From contig CBDCNQ010000005.1 in NCBI GenBank assembly GCA_965219445.1, forward strand, positions 256,001 to 320,000: a stretch of 64,000 nt of DNA. Direction: 5' to 3'. Origin of the DNA: Longimicrobiales bacterium (GTDB taxonomy: Bacteria > Gemmatimonadota > Gemmatimonadetes > Longimicrobiales > Gaopeijiaceae). Positions 8,978 through 18,675 of this stretch are shown here, piece after piece. The position numbers and the translations under genes are program-made. Position 1 is the stretch's first letter. The number at the start of each line of letters is the position of its first letter. Under the pieces are notes generated by a model. The model was not told the origin of the DNA, ran no database searches, and worked only from the letters and a program-made list of their open reading frames with translations.

Positions 8978-11146
8978 ATGACGAAGATGACAAAAGTTGA
9001 GCTTCGACCCGTCCGAACGCAGACTCTCGTGTTTTGCCTCGGCCTCGCCTTCACAGTCTTCATGGCGACGGCAGCGGCTGCCTTCGCTCAGCGCCTACCG
9101 GGGACCGAAAACGGTGAGTGGCGCTATCTGGGCGGCGATGCCGGGCACACCCGCTCCTCGCCCTTGAACCAAATCAACGCTGGCAACTTCGAGAACCTCG
9201 AGCAGCAGTGGGTTTGGCGGGGCGATAACTTCGGCCCCAACGTCGATTACTTTGCCAGGTCCACCCCGCTCTACGTCGACGGAATACTCTACACGGTGGT
9301 CACTCCGCGCCGGCAGGTGGTGGCGATCGACCCTGCCACGGGCGAGACGCTCTGGGTCTTTCGCGAGCCGGAGACGGTCAGGTTTTTGCGCTCTCCCAGG
9401 CGGGCCTACGGAAAAGGGGTCGCATACGGGGAGGTGGACGGGCGCGGAGTGATCTATTTCACTAGCCCCGCCTTCTTCCTTTGGGCGCTCGATGCCAAGA
9501 CGGGCCGGCCCTTGGAGAGCTGGGGCGAGCCCGTACCGCTCGACAATTTCTCCCAGACCGGTGCCCGCGATATGGTGCGGGACCTCCTGGACGGCTGGGG
9601 CCAGTGGGAGCGCTGGGACGAAGGACCGTACGACGCCGACTTCGGGGTCCCGAGGGAGCTCGGCATGGTCACCAGTTCATCGCCGCCGATCGTGGTGAAC
9701 GGGGTGGTCGTGGTGCTCGTGGGCCACGAGCCCAGCTATGGCCAGACCCGGATCCAGAACGTCCCGGGCGACATCATGGGGGTCGACGCCCGAACGGGTG
9801 AGTTGCTCTGGAAGTTCCACGTGATCCCGCGGCCCGGCGAGTTCGGGCACGAGACGTGGGAGAATGACGCCTGGCAGTGGTCGGGGGACCTGTCGTCGTG
9901 GGCTCCCGCGTCCGCCGACCCGGAGCTGGGGCTCGTGTACCTCGTGACGAACGCTTCGACGGTCCAGACGTACGCGGGCCATCGCCCGGGGCATAACCTG
10001 TTCGGCGGCAGCCTCCTCGCGTTGGACGTCCAGACGGGCGAGCGGAGGTGGCACTTCCAGATCCACCACAGCGACCAGTGGAATTACGACATTCCGGCGG
10101 CGCCCATTCTGATGGATCTGACGGTGGACGGAGAGCAGATCCCAGCGGTGATCCAGAACACGAAGCAAGGTCTCGTCTTCGCGTTCAACCGGGAGACCGG
10201 CGAGCCCATCTGGCCCATCGAGGAGCGCCCGGTCATTCAGACGCAAGTCCCTGGCAACTACACTGCGGCCACTCAGCCCTACCCGACCCTGCCGGAACCG
10301 TTGGACCCAATCGTAGTGGACGGGCTGACCGAAGAGTACCTCATCGACTACACTCCGGAGCTGAATGCGCAGGCGCAGATCATGCTGAGTCAGTTCCAGG
10401 TCGGGGGCCTCTACGTACCGCCGCTTCCCTTCAACCACGATAACGACTTCGTCAACAACGTCGGTTGCCAAGGGGGGTTGAACATCCCCCGTCCTGCGGT
10501 CGCGGATCCCAGCACGGGAATGATGTACGCGTCGCACAGCCGGACCTGCAGCGCCCGCCAGTTCATGGCGCCCACCAACGGGGTGGACGAAGAGCGCACG
10601 GAGTACGCCGTACCTGACGAGGGCGGTGCCACTCCCAACTATACTCCCACCACGGGCACCACGGTGGCAGCGTGGCTACCCGGGGGTGGCACAGGGCAGG
10701 GGCGGCTGGAGACGATCGAGGGCCTGCGGCTCTACAAGCCCCTGGACAACCAGCTCTCCGCCTTCCAGATGAACACGGGCAGGCAGGTCTGGTCGTTGCC
10801 AGTCGGCCAGACTCCTGAGCGGATCAGGAATCACCCTCTTCTGGCGGGAGTGGACGTTCCCAATACGGGAGGAGCCGGCGCGTCGATCCAGATGGTCATG
10901 GGCGATCTCTTGGTCCAGACCAGGGCGCTCAGTAACGGGGGCTCGCAGTTACTCCCGGATGCGCCGATGGAGCTCCATGCCCGCGACAAGCGGACGGGCG
11001 AGATCTTGGGGAGCGTCCCGCTTCCGGCCCCCGGCCAGTACGGGATGATGACCTACATGCACGAAGGCAGACAGTACGTCGTCGTGCAGATCGGGAGCAT
11101 CCGCACGGACTTCCCGGGCTCGCTGGTGGCCTACGCGTTGCCTTGA
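8978..11146 (+). CDS. PQQ-binding beta-propeller quinoprotein (glucose-dehydrogenase-like), copy 1
   Basis: Signal peptide; EWRYLGGDAGHTRSSPL, TGERRWHFQIHHSDQWNYD, FNRETGEPIWPIEERPV, MTYMHEGRQYVV. Confidence 0.9.
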   Translation: MTKMTKVELRPVRTQTLVFCLGLAFTVFMATAAAAFAQRLPGTENGEWRYLGGDAGHTRSSPLNQINAGNFENLEQQWVWRGDNFGPNVDYFARSTPLYVDGILYTVVTPRRQVVAIDPATGETLWVFREPETVRFLRSPRRAYGKGVAYGEVDGRGVIYFTSPAFFLWALDAKTGRPLESWGEPVPLDNFSQTGARDMVRDLLDGWGQWERWDEGPYDADFGVPRELGMVTSSSPPIVVNGVVVVLVGHEPSYGQTRIQNVPGDIMGVDARTGELLWKFHVIPRPGEFGHETWENDAWQWSGDLSSWAPASADPELGLVYLVTNASTVQTYAGHRPGHNLFGGSLLALDVQTGERRWHFQIHHSDQWNYDIPAAPILMDLTVDGEQIPAVIQNTKQGLVFAFNRETGEPIWPIEERPVIQTQVPGNYTAATQPYPTLPEPLDPIVVDGLTEEYLIDYTPELNAQAQIMLSQFQVGGLYVPPLPFNHDNDFVNNVGCQGGLNIPRPAVADPSTGMMYASHSRTCSARQFMAPTNGVDEERTEYAVPDEGGATPNYTPTTGTTVAAWLPGGGTGQGRLETIEGLRLYKPLDNQLSAFQMNTGRQVWSLPVGQTPERIRNHPLLAGVDVPNTGGAGASIQMVMGDLLVQTRALSNGGSQLLPDAPMELHARDKRTGEILGSVPLPAPGQYGMMTYMHEGRQYVVVQIGSIRTDFPGSLVAYALP

Positions 11147-11247
11147 TTGGGGCCAGCCGGCGGGGGCCATTCAGCCGGTAGGTGGATGTGCCAAAGCCGC
11201 CTTGAGGGGGTACGCTCGTAAGAGGCACCCCCACAAGGAGGACGTCG

Positions 11248-11937
11248 ATGGGCAAGAACATCGTCCACGTGATCGGAACCGGGACCATCGGTGAGCCGCT
11301 CGTGGGCCTGTTGGCCATTCATAAGGAAGAGTTCAACATCGATGAGGTCACGTTCCACAAGAACATGCCCTACAGTCACGACCGTCCCAAGCTCCTGCAG
11401 ATGATTGGGAAGGGCGCCAACATGGCGACCCGCAAGGACCGCATCGAGAAGTTCGAGGAGCAGGGTATCGAAGTCGCCTACGAGCAAGAGGAAGCGATCG
11501 AGCGGGCAACGGTGGTGATCGATTGCACGCCGAGCGGCATCGGCATCGACAACAAGAACGAGTTCTACGAGAAGTATCGTGACAGGGTACGTGGGTTCAT
11601 CGCCCAAGGTTCTGAGTTCGGGTTCGGCACGATGTACGCGCGGGGCATCAACGACGACGTGCTCGACGACAGCCACTCGCAATTCGTGCACGTGGTCAGC
11701 TGCAATACGCACAATCTGGCTGCGCTGCTGCAAACCTTGGGTGATGACAGCGCCGAGGGATTGGGGATCGAGGAAGCACGTTTCGTGTGTCTGCGGCGCG
11801 CGAACGACATTTCAGAGAACAGCGGGTTCGTGCCTGCACCGCAGCTCGGCGTTCACTCTGACTCACGCTTTGGCACCCATCACGCTCACGATGCGTACCA
11901 TTTGTTCAGGACCAAGGGTCACGAGCTGAATCTGTAT
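11248..11937 (+). pseudogene. archaeal (type II) GAPDH-like oxidoreductase, 5' part, interrupted by IS256
   Basis: VIGTGTIG Rossmann motif, VIDCTPSG, VVSCNTH catalytic-Cys motif, RRAND; AAGGAGG RBS. Confidence 0.8.
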
Positions 11938-13322
11938 GAGCTAGGATCAAGGGTGTGTAAAAAAAGAGGCGACGTACCTTTCCGCTAGGTAGTAAGAAGT
12001 TAACCAGCGAATCCCGGGTGAGCGCCCGGGGGAAAGGAACGATGCCTCGTGAGGAAGAATATGGTGGGACCCGAGAGTGAGTCCAGCACGCCGACGTGGG
12101 AGTGCTTGGAAGCGCTGGTTCGTGAGAAGGCCCAGGAGATGGTCCAGCGGATTCTGGAGGAGGAAGTGACGGAGTTGCTCGGCCGGGAGAAGTCGGAGCG
12201 GAAGACGGTCGTAGACCCGGCGCCAGGCTACCGCAACGGCTACGGCAAGGCTCGGCGGCTGGCGATGAGCTCGGGCACGATCATGCTCCGACGGCCCCGG
12301 GTTCGAGGCATTGAGGAGCGGTTCGAGAGTCGGGTGTTGCCGTTGTTCGCACGACGGACGAAGGAGGTGGGTGCTCTGCTTCCGGAGCTGTATCTGCACG
12401 GGCTGGCGGAGGGAGACTTCGAGCTGGCGATGCGGGGCCTGCTGGGCGAGGGGGCCCCGTTGTCGAAGTCTTCGATTTGGCGGCTGCGGGCGGGATGGAC
12501 AAGGAAATTCGAGGAATGGTCGAAGCGCTCGCTGGCCGACCGTGAGGTCGTCTACGTCTGGGCGGACGGGATCTACGTGAAGGCGGGGCTCGAGCGGGAC
12601 AAGGCAGCGCTGCTGGTGGTTCTCGGTGCGATGCGAGATGGTACGAAGGAGGTGTTGGCCCTGAGATCGGGCTACCGAGAGTCGGTCGAGTCCTGGTCCG
12701 AGGTGTTGCGGGATCTGAAGGCACGCGGCATCGAGGCGCCCCGGCTTTTGATGGCGGACGGCAACGCGGCGATCTGGGGCGCAGTACGGCAGGTATGGCC
12801 TGAGGCGGGCGAGCAACGGTGCTGGAACCACAAGATGAGGAACGTGCTGGACCGGCTGCCTCAGCGGGAGCAGAGCGAGGCGAAGGACCTTCTCAGGACC
12901 GTGGTCTACGCACCGAGGCGGTCCGAGGCGCTGAAGGCCCGTGAGGCGTTCGCCAGGCGCTACAGACCGTGGTATCCGAAGGCGGTGGATGTACTCGAGG
13001 ACGACTGGGAGCGGATGGTGGCGTTCTACGACTTCCCCGAGGACCACTGGAAGCATCTACGCACGACGAACGTGGTCGAGAGCCCCTTTGCCGCAGTACG
13101 GCTCAGGACAACGGCGGCGAAGCGCTTCAAGCGGGTCGAGAGCGCTACGGCGCTGATCTGGAAGCTGCTCTTGGTGGCGGAGAAGCGCTTCAGAAGGCTC
13201 GACGCTCCTCACCTCCTCAAGGACGTATTTGAAGGAAGAAAGTTCGAAGACGGAAAGCCCGTCTCAACCCAACAGCGGAAAAACGCCGCCTGAAACATTT
13301 ACACACCTATTGACCCAACCTC
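11938..13322 (+). mobile_element. IS256-family insertion sequence, 1385 bp
   Basis: Imperfect terminal inverted repeats GAGCTAGGATCAAGGGTGTGTAAA and TTTACACACCTATTGACCCAACCTC around the transposase; no target duplication visible. Confidence 0.9.
12049..13293 (+). CDS. IS256-family transposase (Mutator type)
   Basis: YRNGY, VWADGIYVK, ADG, QRCWNHK, LRTTNVVES. Confidence 0.95.
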   Translation: MRKNMVGPESESSTPTWECLEALVREKAQEMVQRILEEEVTELLGREKSERKTVVDPAPGYRNGYGKARRLAMSSGTIMLRRPRVRGIEERFESRVLPLFARRTKEVGALLPELYLHGLAEGDFELAMRGLLGEGAPLSKSSIWRLRAGWTRKFEEWSKRSLADREVVYVWADGIYVKAGLERDKAALLVVLGAMRDGTKEVLALRSGYRESVESWSEVLRDLKARGIEAPRLLMADGNAAIWGAVRQVWPEAGEQRCWNHKMRNVLDRLPQREQSEAKDLLRTVVYAPRRSEALKAREAFARRYRPWYPKAVDVLEDDWERMVAFYDFPEDHWKHLRTTNVVESPFAAVRLRTTAAKRFKRVESATALIWKLLLVAEKRFRRLDAPHLLKDVFEGRKFEDGKPVSTQQRKNAA

Positions 13323-13323
13323 C

Positions 13324-13569
13324 TCTGCCAACGACATCTTCTCCTTCGGTCGCGAGCACGGTCACTACGGCCGCATCCTGAGCCATACGGTGGTGCCCAC
13401 CCCAGTGCTCGCAGCTCGGGGCGATCACGAGATCGTGGGCTCTTGCTTCACGCCGCAGGATGGCAATTCATTGCTGTCTTCGATCGCGCAGACGTTGCGG
13501 TGGCTGGATCGGGACAGCCTGGACGACCGGATCGACTGTCTGCGGCCGTATCTGTTCCAGGAGATTTAG
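13324..13569 (+). pseudogene. GAPDH-like oxidoreductase, 3' part
   Basis: Open frame resuming right after the IS: SANDIFSFGREHGHYGRILSHTVV...CFTPQDGNSLLSSIA...LFQEI*. Confidence 0.75.
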
Positions 13570-13670
13570 GGGGCAACCACCATCAGAAGATCATCCGGGA
13601 GGTGCTCGACGCGAGGGCGGACCGTAGTTTCAAACTCAATGCCCGATCCCATCAAGGCGAGGAATGAGGA

Positions 13671-15839
13671 ATGACCAAGATGATGAACGTTGAGCTTCGA
13701 CCCGTCCGAACGCAGACTCTCGTGTTTTGCCTCGGCCTCGCCTTCACAGTCTTCATGGCGACGGCAACGACTGCCTTCGCTCAGCGCCTCACAGGGACCG
13801 AGAACGGTGAATGGCGTTACCTGGGCGGCGATGCCGGGCACACCCGCTCCTCGCCCCTGAGCCAAATCAACGCCAACAACTTCGAGGACCTCGACGTGCA
13901 GTGGATCTGGCGGGGCGACAACTTCGGCCCCAGCGTCGACTACTTCATGCGTTCCACTCCGATCTACGTCGACGGAATGCTCTACACGGTGGCCACTCCG
14001 CGGCGGCAGGTGGTGGCCATCGACCCCGCTACGGGGGAGACGATCTGGGTCTTCCGCGAGCCCGAGACCACCCGGTGGTTGCGCTCTCCCAGACGGTCCT
14101 ACGGAAAAGGGGTCGCCTACGGCGAGGTGGACGGCCGCGGGGTGATCTACATGACGACTCCCGGCTTCTTCCTTTGGGCGCTCGACGCCAAGACGGGCCG
14201 GCCCTTGGAGGACTGGGGCGCACCCGTACCGCTCGATGATTTCGAACAGACCGGTGTCGTTGACCTGGTCCCGCAGCTCCTGGACGGCTGGGGCCAGTGG
14301 GAGCGCTGGGATGAAGGCCCGTACGACCCCGACTACGGGGTCCCGAGAGAGCTCGGTATGGTCACCAGCTCGTCGCCGCCGATCGTGGTGAACGGGGTGG
14401 TCGTGGTCCTCGTGGGCCACCAGCCCAGCTACGGCCAGACCCGGGTCGAAAACATCCCGGGCGACATCATGGGGTTCGACGCCAGAACCGGAGAGTTCCT
14501 CTGGAAGTTCCACGTCATCCCGCGGCCCGGGGAGTTCGGCCACGAGACATGGGAGAACGACGCCTGGCAGTGGTCGGGAGACCTTTCGTCATGGGCTCCT
14601 GCCTCCGCCGACCCGGATCTGGGGCTCGTCTACCTCGTGACGAACGCGTCGACGGTGCAGTCGTACGCGGGTCATCGGCCGGGGCACAACCTGTTCGGCG
14701 GTAGCGTCCTCGCGTTGGACGTCCAGACGGGCGAGCGGAGGTGGCACTTCCAGATCCACCACAGTGACCAGTGGAACTATGACCTTCCGACGCCGCCCAT
14801 GCTGATGGATCTGACCGTGAACGGAGAGCAGATCCCCGCGTTGATCCAGAACACGAAGCAGGGCCTCGTCTTCGCGTTCAACCGGGAGACCGGCCAGCCC
14901 ATCTGGCCCATTGAGGAGCGTCCGGTCATTCAGACCCAAGTTCCCGGCAACTATACGGCGGCCACGCAGCCCTATCCGACCCTGCCCGAACCGCTGGACC
15001 CGATCGTATTGAACGGGCTGACCGAAGAGTTCGTCATCGACTACACGCCGGATCTGAAGGCGCAGGCGCAGATCATGCTGAGTCAGTTCCAGATCGGGGG
15101 TCTCTACGTGCCGCCTCTTCCCTTCGACCACGACAACGACTTCGTCAACAACGTTGGCTGTACGAGCGGCGTGAACGTCCCCTTTCCGCCGGTCGCGGAT
15201 CCCAGCACAGGAATGATGTACGCATCGCACCAACGGGGCTGCAGCGCCCCCGGGTTCATGGCGCCCACGGGCGGGGTGGACGTGGACGACTCGGACTATG
15301 CCGTGCCCAACGCTGACGGCGCTACCCCCAACTATACTCCTACCACGGGCACCACGGTGGCAGCGTGGCTGCCCGGCGGTGGCGGAGGGGAGGGGCGCCT
15401 GGGGACGATCGACGGCCTGCGGCTCTGGCGGCCCATGGAGAGCCGGCTCACTGCCCTCCAGATGAACTGGGGCGAGCGGGTCTGGTCGTTGCCGGTCGGC
15501 GAGACTCCCGAGCGGATCAGGAACCACCCGCTTCTGGCGGGAGTGGACATTCCCAATACGGGAGGAATCGGCTTGTCGATCCAGATGGTCATGGGTGATC
15601 TCTTGGTTCAGACCAGGGCGCTCAGTCGAGGCGTCGTGCAGTTTCTCCCCGACGCCCCGTTGGCGCTCAATGCCCGTGACAAGCGGACGGGCGAGATCCT
15701 GGGGAGCGTCGAGCTTCCGGCCCCCGGCCAGTACGGGATGATGACCTACATGCACGAAGGCAAACAGTACGTCGTCGTGCAGATCGGGAGCGTCCGCACC
15801 GACTTTCCGGGCTCGCTGGTGGCGTATGCGCTGCCGTGA
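13671..15839 (+). CDS. PQQ-binding beta-propeller quinoprotein, copy 2
   Basis: Same length (722 aa) as 8978-11146 with long identical stretches. Confidence 0.9.
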   Translation: MTKMMNVELRPVRTQTLVFCLGLAFTVFMATATTAFAQRLTGTENGEWRYLGGDAGHTRSSPLSQINANNFEDLDVQWIWRGDNFGPSVDYFMRSTPIYVDGMLYTVATPRRQVVAIDPATGETIWVFREPETTRWLRSPRRSYGKGVAYGEVDGRGVIYMTTPGFFLWALDAKTGRPLEDWGAPVPLDDFEQTGVVDLVPQLLDGWGQWERWDEGPYDPDYGVPRELGMVTSSSPPIVVNGVVVVLVGHQPSYGQTRVENIPGDIMGFDARTGEFLWKFHVIPRPGEFGHETWENDAWQWSGDLSSWAPASADPDLGLVYLVTNASTVQSYAGHRPGHNLFGGSVLALDVQTGERRWHFQIHHSDQWNYDLPTPPMLMDLTVNGEQIPALIQNTKQGLVFAFNRETGQPIWPIEERPVIQTQVPGNYTAATQPYPTLPEPLDPIVLNGLTEEFVIDYTPDLKAQAQIMLSQFQIGGLYVPPLPFDHDNDFVNNVGCTSGVNVPFPPVADPSTGMMYASHQRGCSAPGFMAPTGGVDVDDSDYAVPNADGATPNYTPTTGTTVAAWLPGGGGGEGRLGTIDGLRLWRPMESRLTALQMNWGERVWSLPVGETPERIRNHPLLAGVDIPNTGGIGLSIQMVMGDLLVQTRALSRGVVQFLPDAPLALNARDKRTGEILGSVELPAPGQYGMMTYMHEGKQYVVVQIGSVRTDFPGSLVAYALP

Positions 15840-15899
15840 TTGCCAACGTGGTCTTTCCTCAGCCACCCAACCCCGTGGAGCCGGGTAGCTCCCCGCGGA

Positions 15900-16937
15900 T
15901 TATCGATCCAGTACGCGAATACCTCCACCGAAGACCGCGCCACCGATAGGGGTGCGGCCGCCAAGCTGCATCATCGTTCCCATATCGAAGGTCACCATAT
16001 CGTCGGTGGACTCATTCATCACGTGGAGAGTGTTGCTATCGGGTGAGAACAATGGGAAGCCATGCCCTGTGTCATCCGGGCTGATCCTCAGGCTGGCCAG
16101 GATCTCCTTCGTCCGCGTGTCGATGATGGATACCTCTGGACCCTGTGTCGCGGCCGCCAACCGGCCGTCTGGTGAGACTGCGACCCGCCCCCTCCCGTTG
16201 ATTCGGGTTTGGATTACCGTGATCACCTCGTCGGTGGCGGAATCAATGACCGTTACCGAGCCATCTCCATCCCCATTGACCCACACTTCGTCATTCGGGC
16301 CTCCGAAGTCGACCCCGTTGGGGCGGCTACCCGCGTGGAGCCGGATGATTCTGAGAATCCGGTCCCTCTTCGCGTCGATGACGACGACGCGGTCGTCACG
16401 TGTCGGAAAGTAGAGTTTGTCATTGCCTGGATGGACCCCCAGATGATTGCCCGCAATCACCGTGTCGATCTTCTTGACGGCCTCGGTCTCGACGTCATAG
16501 ACCACTACACCGGGCACTTCCGCATACTGGACCGTGATGTACAGCTTGCTCCCGTCGCGGTTGAGCGCCACACCATGAGGGTCGCTGGAGGTCGATTCGC
16601 GCCGCCCGATTCGTGCAAATCCACGTACTTCCAGAGGCCGGGAAAAGTACTCGGTCTCGATCGCTCCTCTTTCCTCGAACGTAACCAAGTCCAGAATGAC
16701 GACCTTCTTCGCATAAGGCACTGACACGTATATTGTCCTGCCATCTGGACTGACAGCGCCCTCATGGGTCTCTCCGTACCACTCACCCGGCACCACGAAC
16801 TCATTGAGGATCTCCCTTGTGAGCGGATCGACCTCGGACACCTTGTTGTCCGTGTGGCTGACTGCGAGAACCGTATAATCTTGGGCTAGTGCCGGAGCCA
16901 CAGTGAGAAACATCAGCACGCAGGTCATCCTCAACAT
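15900..16937 (-). CDS. YncE/YVTN-type beta-propeller protein, secreted
   Basis: Repeated AVSPDG...YV and SVTVIDSAT blades; signal peptide ending ALAQ. Confidence 0.85.
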   Translation of the reverse strand: MLRMTCVLMFLTVAPALAQDYTVLAVSHTDNKVSEVDPLTREILNEFVVPGEWYGETHEGAVSPDGRTIYVSVPYAKKVVILDLVTFEERGAIETEYFSRPLEVRGFARIGRRESTSSDPHGVALNRDGSKLYITVQYAEVPGVVVYDVETEAVKKIDTVIAGNHLGVHPGNDKLYFPTRDDRVVVIDAKRDRILRIIRLHAGSRPNGVDFGGPNDEVWVNGDGDGSVTVIDSATDEVITVIQTRINGRGRVAVSPDGRLAAATQGPEVSIIDTRTKEILASLRISPDDTGHGFPLFSPDSNTLHVMNESTDDMVTFDMGTMMQLGGRTPIGGAVFGGGIRVLDR

Positions 16938-17096
16938 ACGAACACCATCCTCGCAAGAGTTACCCGATGTGGAGTCGCTCTGGGACTTCGATTTTCCATC
17001 TTACGAAAACCCTCGTGTCCTGACCATCACACACAGGAGGAACCGCGTGGCGCGGGAAGATACCTCCTCAGAAGACACCTCCTCAGTCGGGTGGCG

Positions 17097-18368
17097 CTAC
17101 TGGATCCCCGCGTTCTCGTACCAGACCACGTTTTCGGTGCCGGATCCGATCGAGAGTATGTCCAGCCTTCCATCTCCGTTGATGTCCTTGACATCGAGGC
17201 TCGACACGCTGACCCCTCCCACATCGAGCGGGATGCGCTCCCACGATTCCGAGTTCGGCTGATACCGGTAGATGAAGAGGCCGTAATCTCCCCCTCGGTA
17301 CCCGGCGACGATCTCGTCGTAGCCGTCTCCGTCCAGATCGGCGGCCACCAGCCCATGCCCGCCATTGAACTCGTTCTCGATCACCTCTCTGGACCAGGGG
17401 AGGGCACCGCCATCGTTGGGCGTGTAGACGACCACCTCATTGCCGTGCCACGGCTCGATCGTCGCGAGAAACCGCCCTTGATCCGACCCCAGGGTGCCCA
17501 AGCTCACCTCGCTGGAGCCTCTCTGCGGTCGAGGGCCCTCCTTGCCGGCGCCAACGTGAAGGACATAATCCACTCCCGCCGCCAGAGCTGGACGAAACAG
17601 CAGCACACCTACCCCGCTCGCGGTGAGAATGTCGTCCGCCCTGTCGCCATCCCAGTCCACGACCGCGATGCCATGGGCCACCTCGAGTCGTGAATCGTCC
17701 AATACCGCCGTCTGCCAGGGGCCGGTCGGGTCCGCCGGAATCGAGTGCGACTTGAACTCGGAGGCGCCGATATACTCCGGGCCAGACACACCGACGCCGA
17801 TGATGGGCAGAACCAACAGCTCCTTCCTGCCGTCGCCGTCGATGTCCCCCCATCTGATGCGGTGCGAGGCCGGCACGGCGTCGATCAATCGGATCGTCCA
17901 CTCCTGATTCGTCGTGGGATCGTCCGGCGCCTCGGCCCAATGGACCAGACCCCCGTTGTTCGAGTCGCCCAGGCTGAACTCACTCGCCATCGCCAGGTCG
18001 ACATCGCCGTCCCCATCGACGTCGTAGGGTGCCATGTTGATGAAGCGCTCGGTAGCCGAACTGATGTTGAACTCCTCCCAAGTGGGGTTCTTGTACCAGA
18101 CGAGCTTCGAGCTGGAGAATGCGGTGATGTCGTTGCGGCCGTCCCCATCGATATCGACCACGAGGGCTTGAGAGCCCGAAGGCATTTCGGCAACCATATG
18201 CCTTGTGAAGCTTGGGAACTCTTCCTGCCACGCGGCACCTGACGTCGTGGCATCGGCCGCCCCTCCGTCACCGCCGCCACAAGCCACCAACGCGAGACTG
18301 CCACCACATGCCGCCAACGCGAGAATGACCGGCGGACACACGCGCTTGCTGTTTCCTCTCGTAGTCAC
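17097..18368 (-). CDS. FG-GAP/VCBS repeat lipoprotein
   Basis: Repeated D(I/V/W/L)DGDG..DI motifs; lipobox-like LVAC; start placed at the GTG after a purine-rich RBS. Confidence 0.85.
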   Translation of the reverse strand: MTTRGNSKRVCPPVILALAACGGSLALVACGGGDGGAADATTSGAAWQEEFPSFTRHMVAEMPSGSQALVVDIDGDGRNDITAFSSSKLVWYKNPTWEEFNISSATERFINMAPYDVDGDGDVDLAMASEFSLGDSNNGGLVHWAEAPDDPTTNQEWTIRLIDAVPASHRIRWGDIDGDGRKELLVLPIIGVGVSGPEYIGASEFKSHSIPADPTGPWQTAVLDDSRLEVAHGIAVVDWDGDRADDILTASGVGVLLFRPALAAGVDYVLHVGAGKEGPRPQRGSSEVSLGTLGSDQGRFLATIEPWHGNEVVVYTPNDGGALPWSREVIENEFNGGHGLVAADLDGDGYDEIVAGYRGGDYGLFIYRYQPNSESWERIPLDVGGVSVSSLDVKDINGDGRLDILSIGSGTENVVWYENAGIQ

Positions 18369-18675
18369 GGTGGGAGACTCCCCTGTGAACGATGGATATG
18401 GTCTTGCGCTCTCGAGAACGCCCGGCGTGCGTTGCAGACCCTCAAGGGCATGCAACGAGGCAAGCCGACACGGTCCCCGCATAATGAGCATCCGACAGAA
18501 GTGCGGCAACAGAGGGAGATCCTGGATTCCCGGGATCAATGGCGGTCAGGTATTGGCTTCCCGCCTCGGCGCACCGGCGTGGGATCTCATGTTGACCGTC
18601 TCGGCCCTGCCCCTCACGTTATCCCGACCGGCAAAGGTTTCTTGGGTCCCTGTCCCTAGAGATTGTGGAGGTGAT

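Noticed and set aside
11947..13056. 369-aa minus-strand ORF
   Set aside because: Antisense shadow of the IS256 transposase.
13566..15866. Long minus-strand ORFs (325 and 425 aa), and similar ones opposite other genes
   Set aside because: GC-rich codon bias produces stop-free antisense frames; no recognisable motifs.
18205..18675. N-terminal extensions of the M28 and FG-GAP ORFs that make them overlap
   Set aside because: Better RBS and signal-peptide starts exist at 18676 (+) and 18368 (-).
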